Positions 9,826 to 19,488 are shown, counted from the stretch's first letter. The stretch is DNA of 50,241 bases from Candidatus Saccharimonadales bacterium (GCA_035648615.1 DASRLE010000333.1:1-50241); one strand, 5' to 3'. Translations and numbers: made by a program. Notes: generated by a model not told the origin, from the sequence alone.

Positions 9826-11601
9826 ATGTTTCTCCTGAATACTGGAATGAATCGACGAACAGCGCTGAAAACAATCGTCACCACTGGGGCTGCGGGGATT
9901 TTATTACCTCGAAGCTCTGCGGAGAATGGCGTCAAACCTCCGCACCTCCCTCTACAACAGCACGAAATTCAGTTCTGGCTGGAAACCTCATTGAAGCGAG
10001 TTTACCCCATTTCAGCGCCCGCCAATCCCTCCCTGGAACTGCTGGCCGCGCGCAACGAAAAAATTTCGTTCCAGGCTTGTTTTCGAAATTTAAAAACCAA
10101 TTCGGTTCGAATGCGCTGCGAATTACTGGGAGCGGCCGGCCTGAAGTTTCAAGTCCGCCGGGTGGGATTTGTGCCTTTGCCCAACTTCAACACTTACGTC
10201 CCCAAAGACGAACTGGAAGGGCTTGGTTTTATCCCGGGTCTATGCCCCGATCCTCTCTTTCCGGAAAGCACCGCCAATATCGGACCTGAGGGGAACGGTG
10301 TTTTTTGGATTTCCCTGGCCATTCCCGAAGACATCGAGCCGGGACTGCGCCGTTTGACGGTTCGGTTTACCTTGGAAAACGAATTCGCCTATACTGATTT
10401 TGTCCGTCCCGTCCCGTGGTCGATGGACCTTCCCGTGCAGGTGGATGTGCGCTCGCTGGTCATCCAGCCTCGCAGGGATTTTTCGGTGACCCATTGGATT
10501 TCCGCCGATTCGATTTGGGAATATTACAAAATTGAGCCGTGCGGTGAACGATTTTGGGAACTGGCCGACGCCTACATCGAAGATTTGATCACTCATAACG
10601 TGGACGTGGTTTACACGCCCATTTTCAACAACCGCCACGAAATTCTGGTTCGTCCCGCCCAACTGCTTCGAGTTCATCGCACCGGCCCCGACGTTTACGA
10701 ATTCGACTTCACCGATGTGCGGCGTTGGGTGAGGATCGCCCTCAAGCACGGGGCGGCCCATTTGGAATTCCCTCATTTCTTCACCCCGGCCCCGACCAGC
10801 GCCAAATACCCGCAGCATATCTTTGAACGCGACGCCAAGAAAATCGGGCCCATGCTCTGGCCGCCAGAAATCAGCGCCACTTCGGACACGTATCGCCGGT
10901 TCCTGGAACAGTTCATCCCCCAGTTCAAGGCGTTTCTCGAGGAAGAAAACATTTTGGACAAGTCGTTTTTCCATTGCGCGGACGAGCCGGACGGTGACGT
11001 GCAAATCGCCGATTATCGCAAAAGCCGCGCCATGCTCCGCGAACTGGCTCCGTGGATGAAAGTGATGGACGCGATGAGTGATCCGCGATTCGCCACCGAC
11101 CATCTGACCGACATGCCGGTGCCGAGCATTGTCACCGCCCCGGAGTTTACCAAGGCCCATTGTCCCGCCTGGGCCTATTTTTGCTGCGGCCCGCGCGGTT
11201 TCTATTTGCAACGACTATTGGACACGCCGTTGCCGAAGATTCGCATGGCGGGCTGGCTTTTTTACAAGCTGGGCGCCAAAGGATTTTTGCATTGGGGGCA
11301 TAATTACTGGTTTGTCTTCTGCTCGGGCACGATGGACGATCCGTTCAACGACGCTTCGGTGGGGGCGTGGCCGGGAGAGCCTTACGGCGATCCGTTCGTG
11401 GTTTATCCCGGCGCCAATGGTCCAATTGATTCGATCCGCTGGGAGGTGCTGGCGGAAAGTTTCCAGGATTATGCCCTGCTCCAAAGCGCGGGAATCAAGC
11501 CGGATGATCCCCTTCTTGATTCATTGAAGGACTACCAGACATTTCCAAAAACTGAAAATTGGCTGGCCGAAGTACGGAGAAAAATACTGATGCGGTCGTA
11601 A
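9826..11601 (+). CDS. DUF4091 / GH123-like glycoside hydrolase, Tat-exported (paralog A)
   Basis: Twin-arginine leader MNRRTALKTIVTTGAAGILLP. There is an adjacent Asp-Glu pair in HCADEPDG, as I recall for GH123 beta-N-acetylgalactosaminidases. It is about 50% identical by eye to ORF 20674-22461 (LWLETSL.RVYP, VIQPRRDF, LAPWMKVMDA, GWLFY.LGAKGFLHWG.NYW, GDPF.YPG.NGPIDS.RWEV). AGGAG lies just upstream of the ATG at 9826; an alternative start is at 9847. Confidence 0.6.
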   Translation: MFLLNTGMNRRTALKTIVTTGAAGILLPRSSAENGVKPPHLPLQQHEIQFWLETSLKRVYPISAPANPSLELLAARNEKISFQACFRNLKTNSVRMRCELLGAAGLKFQVRRVGFVPLPNFNTYVPKDELEGLGFIPGLCPDPLFPESTANIGPEGNGVFWISLAIPEDIEPGLRRLTVRFTLENEFAYTDFVRPVPWSMDLPVQVDVRSLVIQPRRDFSVTHWISADSIWEYYKIEPCGERFWELADAYIEDLITHNVDVVYTPIFNNRHEILVRPAQLLRVHRTGPDVYEFDFTDVRRWVRIALKHGAAHLEFPHFFTPAPTSAKYPQHIFERDAKKIGPMLWPPEISATSDTYRRFLEQFIPQFKAFLEEENILDKSFFHCADEPDGDVQIADYRKSRAMLRELAPWMKVMDAMSDPRFATDHLTDMPVPSIVTAPEFTKAHCPAWAYFCCGPRGFYLQRLLDTPLPKIRMAGWLFYKLGAKGFLHWGHNYWFVFCSGTMDDPFNDASVGAWPGEPYGDPFVVYPGANGPIDSIRWEVLAESFQDYALLQSAGIKPDDPLLDSLKDYQTFPKTENWLAEVRRKILMRS

Positions 11602-11621
11602 AAAAGTTAACCACTCAGACA

Positions 11622-12821
11622 ATGCAACAAATTTTTAGACTGGGACTTGGCCTCCTGGCTCTTTTGTCAATCCTGGCGGGAGCGCGCGGGGCCACCGATT
11701 CATTTTTTCCGCTGATGGCATGGGACGACGTGAGGGACGAAGCAACCCTCCAGAAAATGGCGGATTGCGGGGTTAATATGGTGGCTTTCGTGCCGCCTCG
11801 GCTGTTGAAGGCCTGCAACAAACACGGCCTTAAGGCGATTGTATTCGATGAGCGCGTTTCGGGACTGTGGAACCAGCCGTTTAATTCAAAACAGGCGAAT
11901 GAGGTACTAACGGTTTTGATCAAGAAAATTAATTCCAATCCGGCGGTGTTTGGATATCACCTAAAAGATGAGCCCGGCGCGGACCAGTTCGATGAGTTGG
12001 CCAAATCGTCCGAATTGGTCAGGAAGCTGGCTCCGGGAAAGTGGCCTTACATTAATATGACTCCCGGGATGGGAGGTTGGTACGCCACAAATTTCCTCGA
12101 AGCTTACATAACTAAGTGCAAGCCGCCCATCCTCTCGTATGACAATTATGCCATCGGCGAAAGCGGAAATTTTTCATACGGATTTTGGGCGAATATCTGG
12201 GATATCCGGGGCGCAGCCCTCCGGCACGATTTACCGTTTTGGCCGATCATATTGACTGTTGCTCATTGGAACTATCGCTTTCCCTCAGCCGCTGATCTGC
12301 GGCTGCAAATGTACGGGTCTCTCGTTTATGGCGCGCGGGGTATTTGCTTCTACAAGTTTTGCAGCGAGCCTTTGTCGATTTTAGGGGCGCCGGACCTTGG
12401 AAACTTCCGCATGGGACCGCTCGATGAATTTGGAGAAAAAACGGCCACCTGGGACAATCTCCGGAATGTTAATCGACAGGTTAAGAATCTTGCCTCCGTA
12501 CTGCTGAAACTTCACAGCGATGATGTTTATCATGTCGGCACAGTGCCGGAAAGAAATCACGGCATCACCAAAAGCGACCTTGTCCAGGGGCTTGAGTCCG
12601 GCCAGCAGTTTGTCATCGGAGATTTCACGCATGAGGATGGTTCGCGGTGGGTGATGATCGTTAATAAGGACCTTCAACAGTCAGCCTTTTGCCGTCCTAA
12701 ATTCGCCATCACGGCCAAGGCGGTGAAATACGTTTCTCCCGTGACTGGCCGGCTTGCGCCATTTCCCGCGCCTTGGTATGCCCTCGCTCCGGGGCAGGGT
12801 GTGCTCTTAAAAGTGGAGTAA
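11622..12821 (+). CDS. Exported glycoside-hydrolase-like TIM-barrel protein (family unassigned)
   Basis: Signal peptide MQQIFRLGLGLLALLSILAGARG at Met22 of the ORF (ATG 11622). Barrel-like pattern FFPLMAWDD, GVNMVAFVP, GLKAIVFDE, GYHLKDEPG. It follows the GH123-like gene on the same strand. Confidence 0.45.
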   Translation: MQQIFRLGLGLLALLSILAGARGATDSFFPLMAWDDVRDEATLQKMADCGVNMVAFVPPRLLKACNKHGLKAIVFDERVSGLWNQPFNSKQANEVLTVLIKKINSNPAVFGYHLKDEPGADQFDELAKSSELVRKLAPGKWPYINMTPGMGGWYATNFLEAYITKCKPPILSYDNYAIGESGNFSYGFWANIWDIRGAALRHDLPFWPIILTVAHWNYRFPSAADLRLQMYGSLVYGARGICFYKFCSEPLSILGAPDLGNFRMGPLDEFGEKTATWDNLRNVNRQVKNLASVLLKLHSDDVYHVGTVPERNHGITKSDLVQGLESGQQFVIGDFTHEDGSRWVMIVNKDLQQSAFCRPKFAITAKAVKYVSPVTGRLAPFPAPWYALAPGQGVLLKVE

Positions 12822-12853
12822 CGCCCGTCGGCCCAGTCTCTCATTGCTCACGC

Positions 12854-13606
12854 TCACCAAGCCGTCCATCCGCCGTCAACGCAGTGGGTTTCACAATTAA
12901 CCATGGACGCTTCGTTACTCGCCAAATAAACGGCCGCCGCCGCAATGTGTTCGGCGGAAGCCAGCTTGCCGCAAGGTATTTTCCCAAGGACAAATCGCCG
13001 AAATTCCGGATTCTGCAGGCGCTGGCGGGTAAGATTTGTCTCCACGAAAGTTGGAGCAATTGAATTGACTGTAATTCCACGGGCGGCCCATTCCACTCCC
13101 AACGCTCGAACCAACTGGATCACTGCTCCTTTCGTTGCACAATAGACCGGCTGCCCAGGAATGCCGACCAAACCGGATTGGCTGGAAATAAAGATGATGC
13201 GGCCCCATTTTAGTTCCATCATTTTAGGAGCAACCGCTTGCGCCATGAAAAAGCCGCCGCGCACATTGGTATCAAAATGATCGCCCCAGTTTTCGACCGT
13301 CACCGCCAACCCGGCGGCAGGACGATTGATCCCGGCGTTGTTGATGAGAATATCAATTGGCCCCAGGTTTGCTTCGACTGCGGCGGTTCCTTGCTGGATT
13401 TGTTCCAGATTGCGGACATCGATGGAAACCCGAAAACATTTCCGGCCGAACCCTTCGATCCCCGTCGCGGTGTTGTCCAGACGCCCGGTGGCGCGGTCGC
13501 TAACGGCTACGTCAGCGCCATTCGCAGCGAGGGCCACCGCAATGGCCTGGCCCAAGCCGGTCGCCGCTCCAGTAACCAAGGCGATTTTTCCAGTGAGGTC
13601 GAACAT
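12854..13606 (-). CDS. SDR-family oxidoreductase (classical short-chain dehydrogenase)
   Basis: Rossmann motif TGAATGLGQAIA, NNAG, and catalytic YCATKGAV (YxxxK). Length is 250 aa. Confidence 0.85.
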   Translation of the reverse strand: MFDLTGKIALVTGAATGLGQAIAVALAANGADVAVSDRATGRLDNTATGIEGFGRKCFRVSIDVRNLEQIQQGTAAVEANLGPIDILINNAGINRPAAGLAVTVENWGDHFDTNVRGGFFMAQAVAPKMMELKWGRIIFISSQSGLVGIPGQPVYCATKGAVIQLVRALGVEWAARGITVNSIAPTFVETNLTRQRLQNPEFRRFVLGKIPCGKLASAEHIAAAAVYLASNEASMVNCETHCVDGGWTAW

Positions 13607-13618
13607 CCCCTTCCCCGT

Positions 13619-14899
13619 TCAATGCGCGGCGGGCGCGCTATACCTTTCCACCCGCACCCTTGCAGTGAGCGCATGGGCCGGCATTCGTTCGACAGCGCAT
13701 TGGCGCTCCGTGACTTCTCCCACTTCTTTGCTGGCTTGCGGGGTCATGCGCTGGTAGGTGCAGGTTTTAAGAAATTTTCCAACCCATACGCCGCCAGTGT
13801 AGCGCGCCGCCCGGCTCGTCGGCAGAATATGGTTGGTGCCGATCGTTTTGTCCCCGTAGGCCACCGTCGTTTCTTCGCCAATGAAAAGCGAGCCGTAGTT
13901 TTTGAGGCTGTCAATAAAATAGTCTTTGTCCTGGACGTGGAGTTCAAGATGTTCGGGAGCGTAGTCATCACTGAGTTTAAGCGCCTCCGCGGGTGATTCG
14001 GCGGCATAGACAATTCCATTGTCCCGCCATGAAAGTGAAGCAATCTCGCGAGTCGGCAGAATCTTTAATTGCTTTTCAACCTCGGCAATTACCGCCCGTC
14101 CGAAGGCTTCGCTCATGCAAATCAAACAAATCCCGCTGTTGGGATCGTGCTCCGCTTGTCCAAGTAAGTCACAGGCCACCAGGGACGGGTCAGCGCCATC
14201 GTCAGCAAGGACGAGAATCTCAGTCGGTCCCGCCAGAAGATCGATGCCACAACGTCCAAACAGTTGCCGTTTTGCTTCCGCGACATATTTGTTGCCCGCG
14301 CCGCACAAAATATCGACCGGTTGAACGTCGCCCAATCCAAAGGCCATCATGGCCAGGGCCGGAACGCCGCCCAAAATAAAAATACGGTCCGCTCCCGCCT
14401 TCTTCATGGCGTTAATCGTCGCCGAAAAATAGCCTTCCCCACGAACAGGCGGCGTGCAGGCCACAACCGAACGGACGCCTGCGACCTTCGCCGGGATGAT
14501 GCTCATCTGGGCCGATCCAAACATTGGATAGCGGCCGCCCGGGATGTAACTGCCCACCCGGCCTATCGGAATATGTTTATGCCCGAGAATGACACCCGGT
14601 CGGATTTCCACTTCCAACGCCTGCATGGTGGCCAGTTGGGCTTCCGCAAAACGCCGCACGTTCCCCTGGCAATAGTCAGTGTCGGTAATGACCTGTTGTG
14701 GCAAAGACTCAATGGACCTGTCAATCTCGGCTGCGGACAGTTCAAAACTGGCGGGGTTCCATTGATCAAATTTCTGGCTGTATTTGCGAAGGCCGTCGAA
14801 GCCTGAACGCTCAATGTCATTTAGAATTTCCGAAACAATTTGAGTGGTTTCCAAATCCTTCTCAAAAAGCCTGTGCGCCCCATTTTTAATGATTTTCAT
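13619..14899 (-). CDS. Histidinol dehydrogenase-family (HisD paralog) NAD-dependent four-electron dehydrogenase
   Basis: HisD signatures GAGNKYVAEAKRQLFGRCGIDLLAGPTEILVLADD and LLGQAEHDP. No other his genes are nearby. The ORF is open to 15124, but I chose Met76 (ATG 14899, 426 aa) to match family length and avoid the divergent gene. Confidence 0.8.
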   Translation of the reverse strand: MKIIKNGAHRLFEKDLETTQIVSEILNDIERSGFDGLRKYSQKFDQWNPASFELSAAEIDRSIESLPQQVITDTDYCQGNVRRFAEAQLATMQALEVEIRPGVILGHKHIPIGRVGSYIPGGRYPMFGSAQMSIIPAKVAGVRSVVACTPPVRGEGYFSATINAMKKAGADRIFILGGVPALAMMAFGLGDVQPVDILCGAGNKYVAEAKRQLFGRCGIDLLAGPTEILVLADDGADPSLVACDLLGQAEHDPNSGICLICMSEAFGRAVIAEVEKQLKILPTREIASLSWRDNGIVYAAESPAEALKLSDDYAPEHLELHVQDKDYFIDSLKNYGSLFIGEETTVAYGDKTIGTNHILPTSRAARYTGGVWVGKFLKTCTYQRMTPQASKEVGEVTERQCAVERMPAHALTARVRVERYSAPAAH

Positions 14900-14952
14900 G
14901 CCTTTTTTTGTCAAAAGCTCGAATTTTCTGTCATCAAAAATACAATTATTTC

Positions 14953-14968
14953 GTTGACATTTGTCAAC
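14953..14968. promoter_or_regulatory. Palindromic candidate operator GTTGACAtttGTCAAC (7-bp perfect arms) overlapping a TTGACA -35-like hexamer
   Basis: Read directly in the 147-bp divergent region between the HisD-like gene and the DMFase-like gene. More TGTCA half-sites lie at about 14909-14930. The GT...AC core fits GntR-type operators. A TAGCAT -10-like hexamer sits 17 nt downstream of TTGACA. Confidence 0.3.
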
Positions 14969-15046
14969 CGGCATCTTAGCATTACGCATTATAAGATTGT
15001 TCAAGATCGCTTGGCGTCGAATGATTTTGAAGCAGAGAAATACTTT

Positions 15047-16774
15047 ATGCTGATTGGATACGTAAGTAACGAAAACTACTCCGCGATTGCTGATGTAATC
15101 GTCGAATTCGATCAAGACGGTCAACGTAAGGCACAGGTTCGGTCTTCGCCGCGCGGTGCGATTGACGCTGATATCCCTCCGGGCACTTATAGAATCACCC
15201 TGGCCAAAGAAGGCTTTGGTTCAAAATCAACGATTGAACAGGTCGATCCGGCGCGGCCGCTGCAGGTTAGATTGGTTTCCGACTCGCTTTACGGATATGT
15301 CTGGCCCAAATGGATAGAAGGCGGACAGAAAGGCGAATTTCGTGTCCATTCCCCGAAACCGTATCATTTGAGCCTTTGGCGTTACGGATTGAAGAAGGAG
15401 CTGGCGCAACCCATTGGTTGGTTCGATGAACATGGGCCGCGCCCGAATTTGCAGACGCTTCCCAATGGAGACTTCACCCAGACCGGTGTCGGATGGAACC
15501 GTTACGGCTACAGCAAGAAGTACAAAGCAGATGGAACATGCGCCGAACATGGAACGGATACCATCCACTGCACGCATCGCTGCTTTTATCAGAATCAATT
15601 AATCGCCGCTCCTCAACGCTCGGGCCTTTACTATTTTCATGCGGAGACCGAGTCGGGCGACTTTGTGAGTTTTCCGTGGGTCGTTGCCCCGGCCAAACCC
15701 CAGGCAGCCATCGCCGTGATCGCCTCGACCAACACTTGGAATGCCTACAATAATTTCGGCGGGCGCAGCAATTACATCAATTCCACGCAATTGCCCCCAC
15801 AGCCGACCGTCGATGCGCGAAGGGACTTGAGCAGGTTCACTTCGGACGCGAGCGTCTGGGAGGCACCTGACGCCGAATACAGGCCCCTGTCTTTCGAACG
15901 TCCCGAGCCTTTCAACCATATTCCGAAACAAACCGAAGTCACTGACCCAATCCAAGGCCGCCAGCCCTGTCATTTGGCGCCGGCGGAATGGCGTTTGCTC
16001 GGATGGCTCGAGCGCGAGGGATTCGATTACGATTTCTACTCGGATTACCAATTGGATTGCGGGCGATTGAATCTCGATGCTTACCAGATTTTAATCATCA
16101 GCACCCATCCTGAGTACTGGTCGCGCGAGGCTTATGACAAGGTCAAGGACTGGGTTTTCAACCGGGGAGGCAAACTAATGTATCTGGGGGGCAACGGCAT
16201 CGATTGTGAGGTCGAATTCGTCAACGAATCCACGATGCGATGCAAAACATGGCATCCGCGCTCCTCAGCCTCTCCCATTTTGACCGATCCGCAAACTGGC
16301 AAAACGTTCGATTGCCGATTTCATTTTAAAGGTGAGTCGCCCGCAGCCCTTCTGGGCGTCGTTTTTACGGAGGCGGGGGCCGCAACGTCAGCGCCCTATC
16401 GCGTCGTGGATTCATCTCACTGGGTTTTCTCGAGCACCGGTCTGAAAAATGGAGATATTTTCGGGGCCCATTCCTTGCACGAACGTTGTCCCGGCGGCGC
16501 TTCCGGGCATGAAACCGACAAGCGAACTTCGTCCTCGCCGGCCAACACAATGTTGCTGGCACGAGGGCTAAATGTTGATGGCGGAGGCGCGGAAATGATT
16601 TTCTTTGAGACGTCCGGCCAAGGCGCGGTTTTCTCCGTGGGTTCGATCACCTGGCCTGCTTCGGTGCTGGTTGATGCGGCGGTGTCGAAAATCACGCGCA
16701 ACGTCCTCGAGCGATTCCTCGGATCAGGCCAAAAGAATGTCGCCCCATCTCCTTTCCCTCAAAAATCCGCATGA
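15047..16774 (+). CDS. N,N-dimethylformamidase beta-subunit-like family protein (cytoplasmic; putative amidase/unknown)
   Basis: It has an N-terminal carboxypeptidase-regulatory-like beta domain (PPGTYRITLAKEGFGS). The family-style core follows: LYGYVWPKWIEGGQKGEFRVHS, IAVIASTNTWNAYNNFGG, ILIISTHPEYWSREAYD...GGKLMYLGGNG. I chose Met70 of the ORF (ATG 15047). No signal peptide. Confidence 0.55.
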   Translation: MLIGYVSNENYSAIADVIVEFDQDGQRKAQVRSSPRGAIDADIPPGTYRITLAKEGFGSKSTIEQVDPARPLQVRLVSDSLYGYVWPKWIEGGQKGEFRVHSPKPYHLSLWRYGLKKELAQPIGWFDEHGPRPNLQTLPNGDFTQTGVGWNRYGYSKKYKADGTCAEHGTDTIHCTHRCFYQNQLIAAPQRSGLYYFHAETESGDFVSFPWVVAPAKPQAAIAVIASTNTWNAYNNFGGRSNYINSTQLPPQPTVDARRDLSRFTSDASVWEAPDAEYRPLSFERPEPFNHIPKQTEVTDPIQGRQPCHLAPAEWRLLGWLEREGFDYDFYSDYQLDCGRLNLDAYQILIISTHPEYWSREAYDKVKDWVFNRGGKLMYLGGNGIDCEVEFVNESTMRCKTWHPRSSASPILTDPQTGKTFDCRFHFKGESPAALLGVVFTEAGAATSAPYRVVDSSHWVFSSTGLKNGDIFGAHSLHERCPGGASGHETDKRTSSSPANTMLLARGLNVDGGGAEMIFFETSGQGAVFSVGSITWPASVLVDAAVSKITRNVLERFLGSGQKNVAPSPFPQKSA

Positions 16775-19479
16775 ACAAAGCACTCGTTTTCGTGGCAAAA
16801 GCAGCCGCCATTCTCACACTGGCTTGTGCGGCGCGCGCTGAAGATAATTCGCCCGGCCAATTCGACGAGCGCTTCCAGACTCTCGATTCGTCTTGGACGC
16901 AGAAAATATCAAGCGGGGCTTCCATTGAGGTCACCAATGGCTCGCTCCAGTTCCAATCACCCATGCATGGACACGCGCACTCGCAACGAGCGTGCGACGG
17001 CGACTTAATCACCGTCAGCGCAAAAATCAGCCAATGGGCCTCCCTTTATCTTGTTTGGGGAGACGCAAACTGGGTCGGCGCTGGCCAGATTTCTCCAACG
17101 CCCTTTGGAAGGCTTTACAGCACTTTTGCAGTCAACAATCAGAATCAGGAAGTGGACCACCGGGGGATTGACTTTGGCCAGGCTCGTTGGGTTCGCATCC
17201 GGCTGGGGAAAAATTACATTCGCTTCGATTACAGCAGCAACGGCGCGCAGTGGCATGAATTACGCACCATTGAGCGTCCAAGGGAGCTTGCCGGAGCGCC
17301 CAAGTTTATTGCCGTCGGAAAATATTACGAAGCAGACGACAAGCCCTTCGTATCTCCTTTCAATCCAGGCAAATCCGAGAAAGGGGAGACCGTGGGGGGA
17401 CGTATTTTTGAAGTGCGCGAAGAAGCTACTCCGCCCGCCGGCCAGCAACTGACTGAATCAGAACTGCAAACTTTGCGCTCGCCGCGCGTTGACGTGGGCG
17501 TGGCATTATTGAATGCCAGCAAGGAGGACCCAACTTATGACCAACTCGTAAATGATTATCCCCCAATGAAATATCCGCGCGAAGCGGTTGGGGTTCCCCT
17601 TCATCCACTTGATATCGGGGTGGATTGGCTTGGCCGCCTGGATGTCAGCCCCTGGACCGAACCGACCGCGTGGCTGGAGGTGGGCGATCCCCCAAAACCG
17701 TTGGGCCGACAAGGGGTGCCGTTCCAGCGCCGACTCCTCCATGGCTACCTTCCGGTGGACACGTTGACGACTACATTGAACGGGGTCGAATACCAACTGA
17801 CAATCCTTGGCTGGTCCGAAAATCTCAGTGTCACCAATCCTCTGTTCGCTTACGTGCGGTTGACGGCGCGCTCCACGAACAACTCGCCATTGCCTTCGCA
17901 AATCGCGCTGGCCTGGCCGGGCAATAAACGGAATGCGTGGCCAGTCGCCGCAAACGGACAAGATAAATTACAGTTCTGCCTGCGATTTGAATTTCCAAAG
18001 GCCGCCACGGCACAACAAATAGAGCCGAAGGAATTCACCGCCAAAGAAACCCAAATAACCGCGCTTTGGGAGCAACGTCTCGCGCCCAGCAAGCGCTTCG
18101 ATTTGCCCAACCCCAGAGTCATGGAAGCGTACCAGGCATGGTTCACCTACGCCATGCTCAATGCCGACACGATCAACGGATATATCGAACCGCACGACGG
18201 CGCCGGTTTTTACGAGGAAATGTTTGGCAACAGCGTGTCCGTCCATACGATGGCCCTTGATTGCTATGGATTGCACAAATACGCCGCGCAGATTCTGGAT
18301 ACACAAAGGCACTTTCAGCAAACCAACGGGCTTTACACTCAGGTTTGCGGGCTGACCGATCCCGGCGGTTTCCTCTGTGGATTGGCCCGCCATTATCGCA
18401 TGACCGATGACCGCGAATGGCTTCGCCGCGTGACTCCAAATATTCTGGCGCAATGTCAATGGCTGATCCGGCAGAGGAAAAAAACGCCGGCGACGGGTGT
18501 CCTGCGCGGGTTAATCAAGTTCCGGCCATACAACGATTATCCGGATGAGGCTTACAACTACTTGGGTAATTGCTGGTGCGCGCAGGGGATGGACGAGGTC
18601 GCACTGGCATTGAAAGAAATCGGCGTGGCTGAAGCGGTTCCTATCGCGGCCGAGGCCAAGCAGTATCGCACGGACATATTGGATTCAATGAAGGCCGCCG
18701 CATTTGAATATCAAGGCCAAAGATTGTTGCCGTTGGAGCCGGACACGCATCGATTGTTAAAACTGGAGAGATATCGCGGCGGTGGTTACTATGGACTGAG
18801 CGTCAGTCCCCTTCTCGGTATTGGTTTGCTTTCGCCGCAAGATGAACGGACCACCTGGCTGGTCGATGCTCTCGAAAAGCGCGGGGGACTTATCGCGGGC
18901 GTTTGTGAATTTGAGGGCGGCATTGACCACGCCTACACCTATGGCTATTTGCTCAATGAATTGAAACGCGGCGAGCCACGCAAAGCGTTGCTGGGATTCT
19001 GGTCCATGCTCGCTTTTGGAATGACGCGCGATACCTATTCGCCAGTCGAAGTCTCCATGATCGAAACCGGGGAGAATCACTACACCCTGCCCCATCTTTA
19101 TTCCTGCACCGAACAACTTCGCCTTTTGCGCGCTCTCTTGCTGCGAGAAGATGGAAACGTACTACAATTGGGCGAAGGAATTCCACGGGCATGGTTGGAA
19201 ACGGGCGAACACGTCGCGGTCAACTCCGCTCCCACTGAGTTTGGCGAAGTGACATACCGGATTGAGGCCCAGGGCAAAAATAAGATGCGCGTCACTTTAA
19301 CTCCGCCCTCCCGGCGCGTTCCCGACAAGATCGAGCTTCATCTCCGAGCGCCCCATGAGCGAAGGATTGTTTCCATAAAATCCCATCCCAAAACCAGCCT
19401 CCGCTTTTCCGGAGAAACGATTGTTCTGCGCAAAACGACCCATCCAGTGGAACTGGAAGTCAATTTCGCCGGCGATTAA
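16771..19479 (+). CDS. Large secreted protein of unknown function (N-terminal ConA/LamG-like jelly roll plus helical, possibly (alpha/alpha)6-barrel region)
   Basis: 902 aa with signal peptide MNKALVFVAKAAAILTLACAARA and an ATGA overlap with the upstream gene. I recognise no family motif. The helix-rich C-terminal two-thirds and the glycan-locus context suggest a glycosidase or lyase. Confidence 0.5.
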   Translation: MNKALVFVAKAAAILTLACAARAEDNSPGQFDERFQTLDSSWTQKISSGASIEVTNGSLQFQSPMHGHAHSQRACDGDLITVSAKISQWASLYLVWGDANWVGAGQISPTPFGRLYSTFAVNNQNQEVDHRGIDFGQARWVRIRLGKNYIRFDYSSNGAQWHELRTIERPRELAGAPKFIAVGKYYEADDKPFVSPFNPGKSEKGETVGGRIFEVREEATPPAGQQLTESELQTLRSPRVDVGVALLNASKEDPTYDQLVNDYPPMKYPREAVGVPLHPLDIGVDWLGRLDVSPWTEPTAWLEVGDPPKPLGRQGVPFQRRLLHGYLPVDTLTTTLNGVEYQLTILGWSENLSVTNPLFAYVRLTARSTNNSPLPSQIALAWPGNKRNAWPVAANGQDKLQFCLRFEFPKAATAQQIEPKEFTAKETQITALWEQRLAPSKRFDLPNPRVMEAYQAWFTYAMLNADTINGYIEPHDGAGFYEEMFGNSVSVHTMALDCYGLHKYAAQILDTQRHFQQTNGLYTQVCGLTDPGGFLCGLARHYRMTDDREWLRRVTPNILAQCQWLIRQRKKTPATGVLRGLIKFRPYNDYPDEAYNYLGNCWCAQGMDEVALALKEIGVAEAVPIAAEAKQYRTDILDSMKAAAFEYQGQRLLPLEPDTHRLLKLERYRGGGYYGLSVSPLLGIGLLSPQDERTTWLVDALEKRGGLIAGVCEFEGGIDHAYTYGYLLNELKRGEPRKALLGFWSMLAFGMTRDTYSPVEVSMIETGENHYTLPHLYSCTEQLRLLRALLLREDGNVLQLGEGIPRAWLETGEHVAVNSAPTEFGEVTYRIEAQGKNKMRVTLTPPSRRVPDKIELHLRAPHERRIVSIKSHPKTSLRFSGETIVLRKTTHPVELEVNFAGD

Positions 19480-19488
19480 ATCAAGAAG

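Noticed and set aside
10240-11211. 323-aa minus-strand ORF inside the GH123-like gene A. Similar shadow ORFs lie at 13238-13996 (+), 22754-23383 (-), 25510-26001 (-), 248-895 (-) and 17968-18459 (-)
   Set aside because: All lie antisense to, or out of frame within, genes with clear family motifs. Their translations lack motifs and are Arg/Gly/Pro-biased, so they are shadow ORFs.
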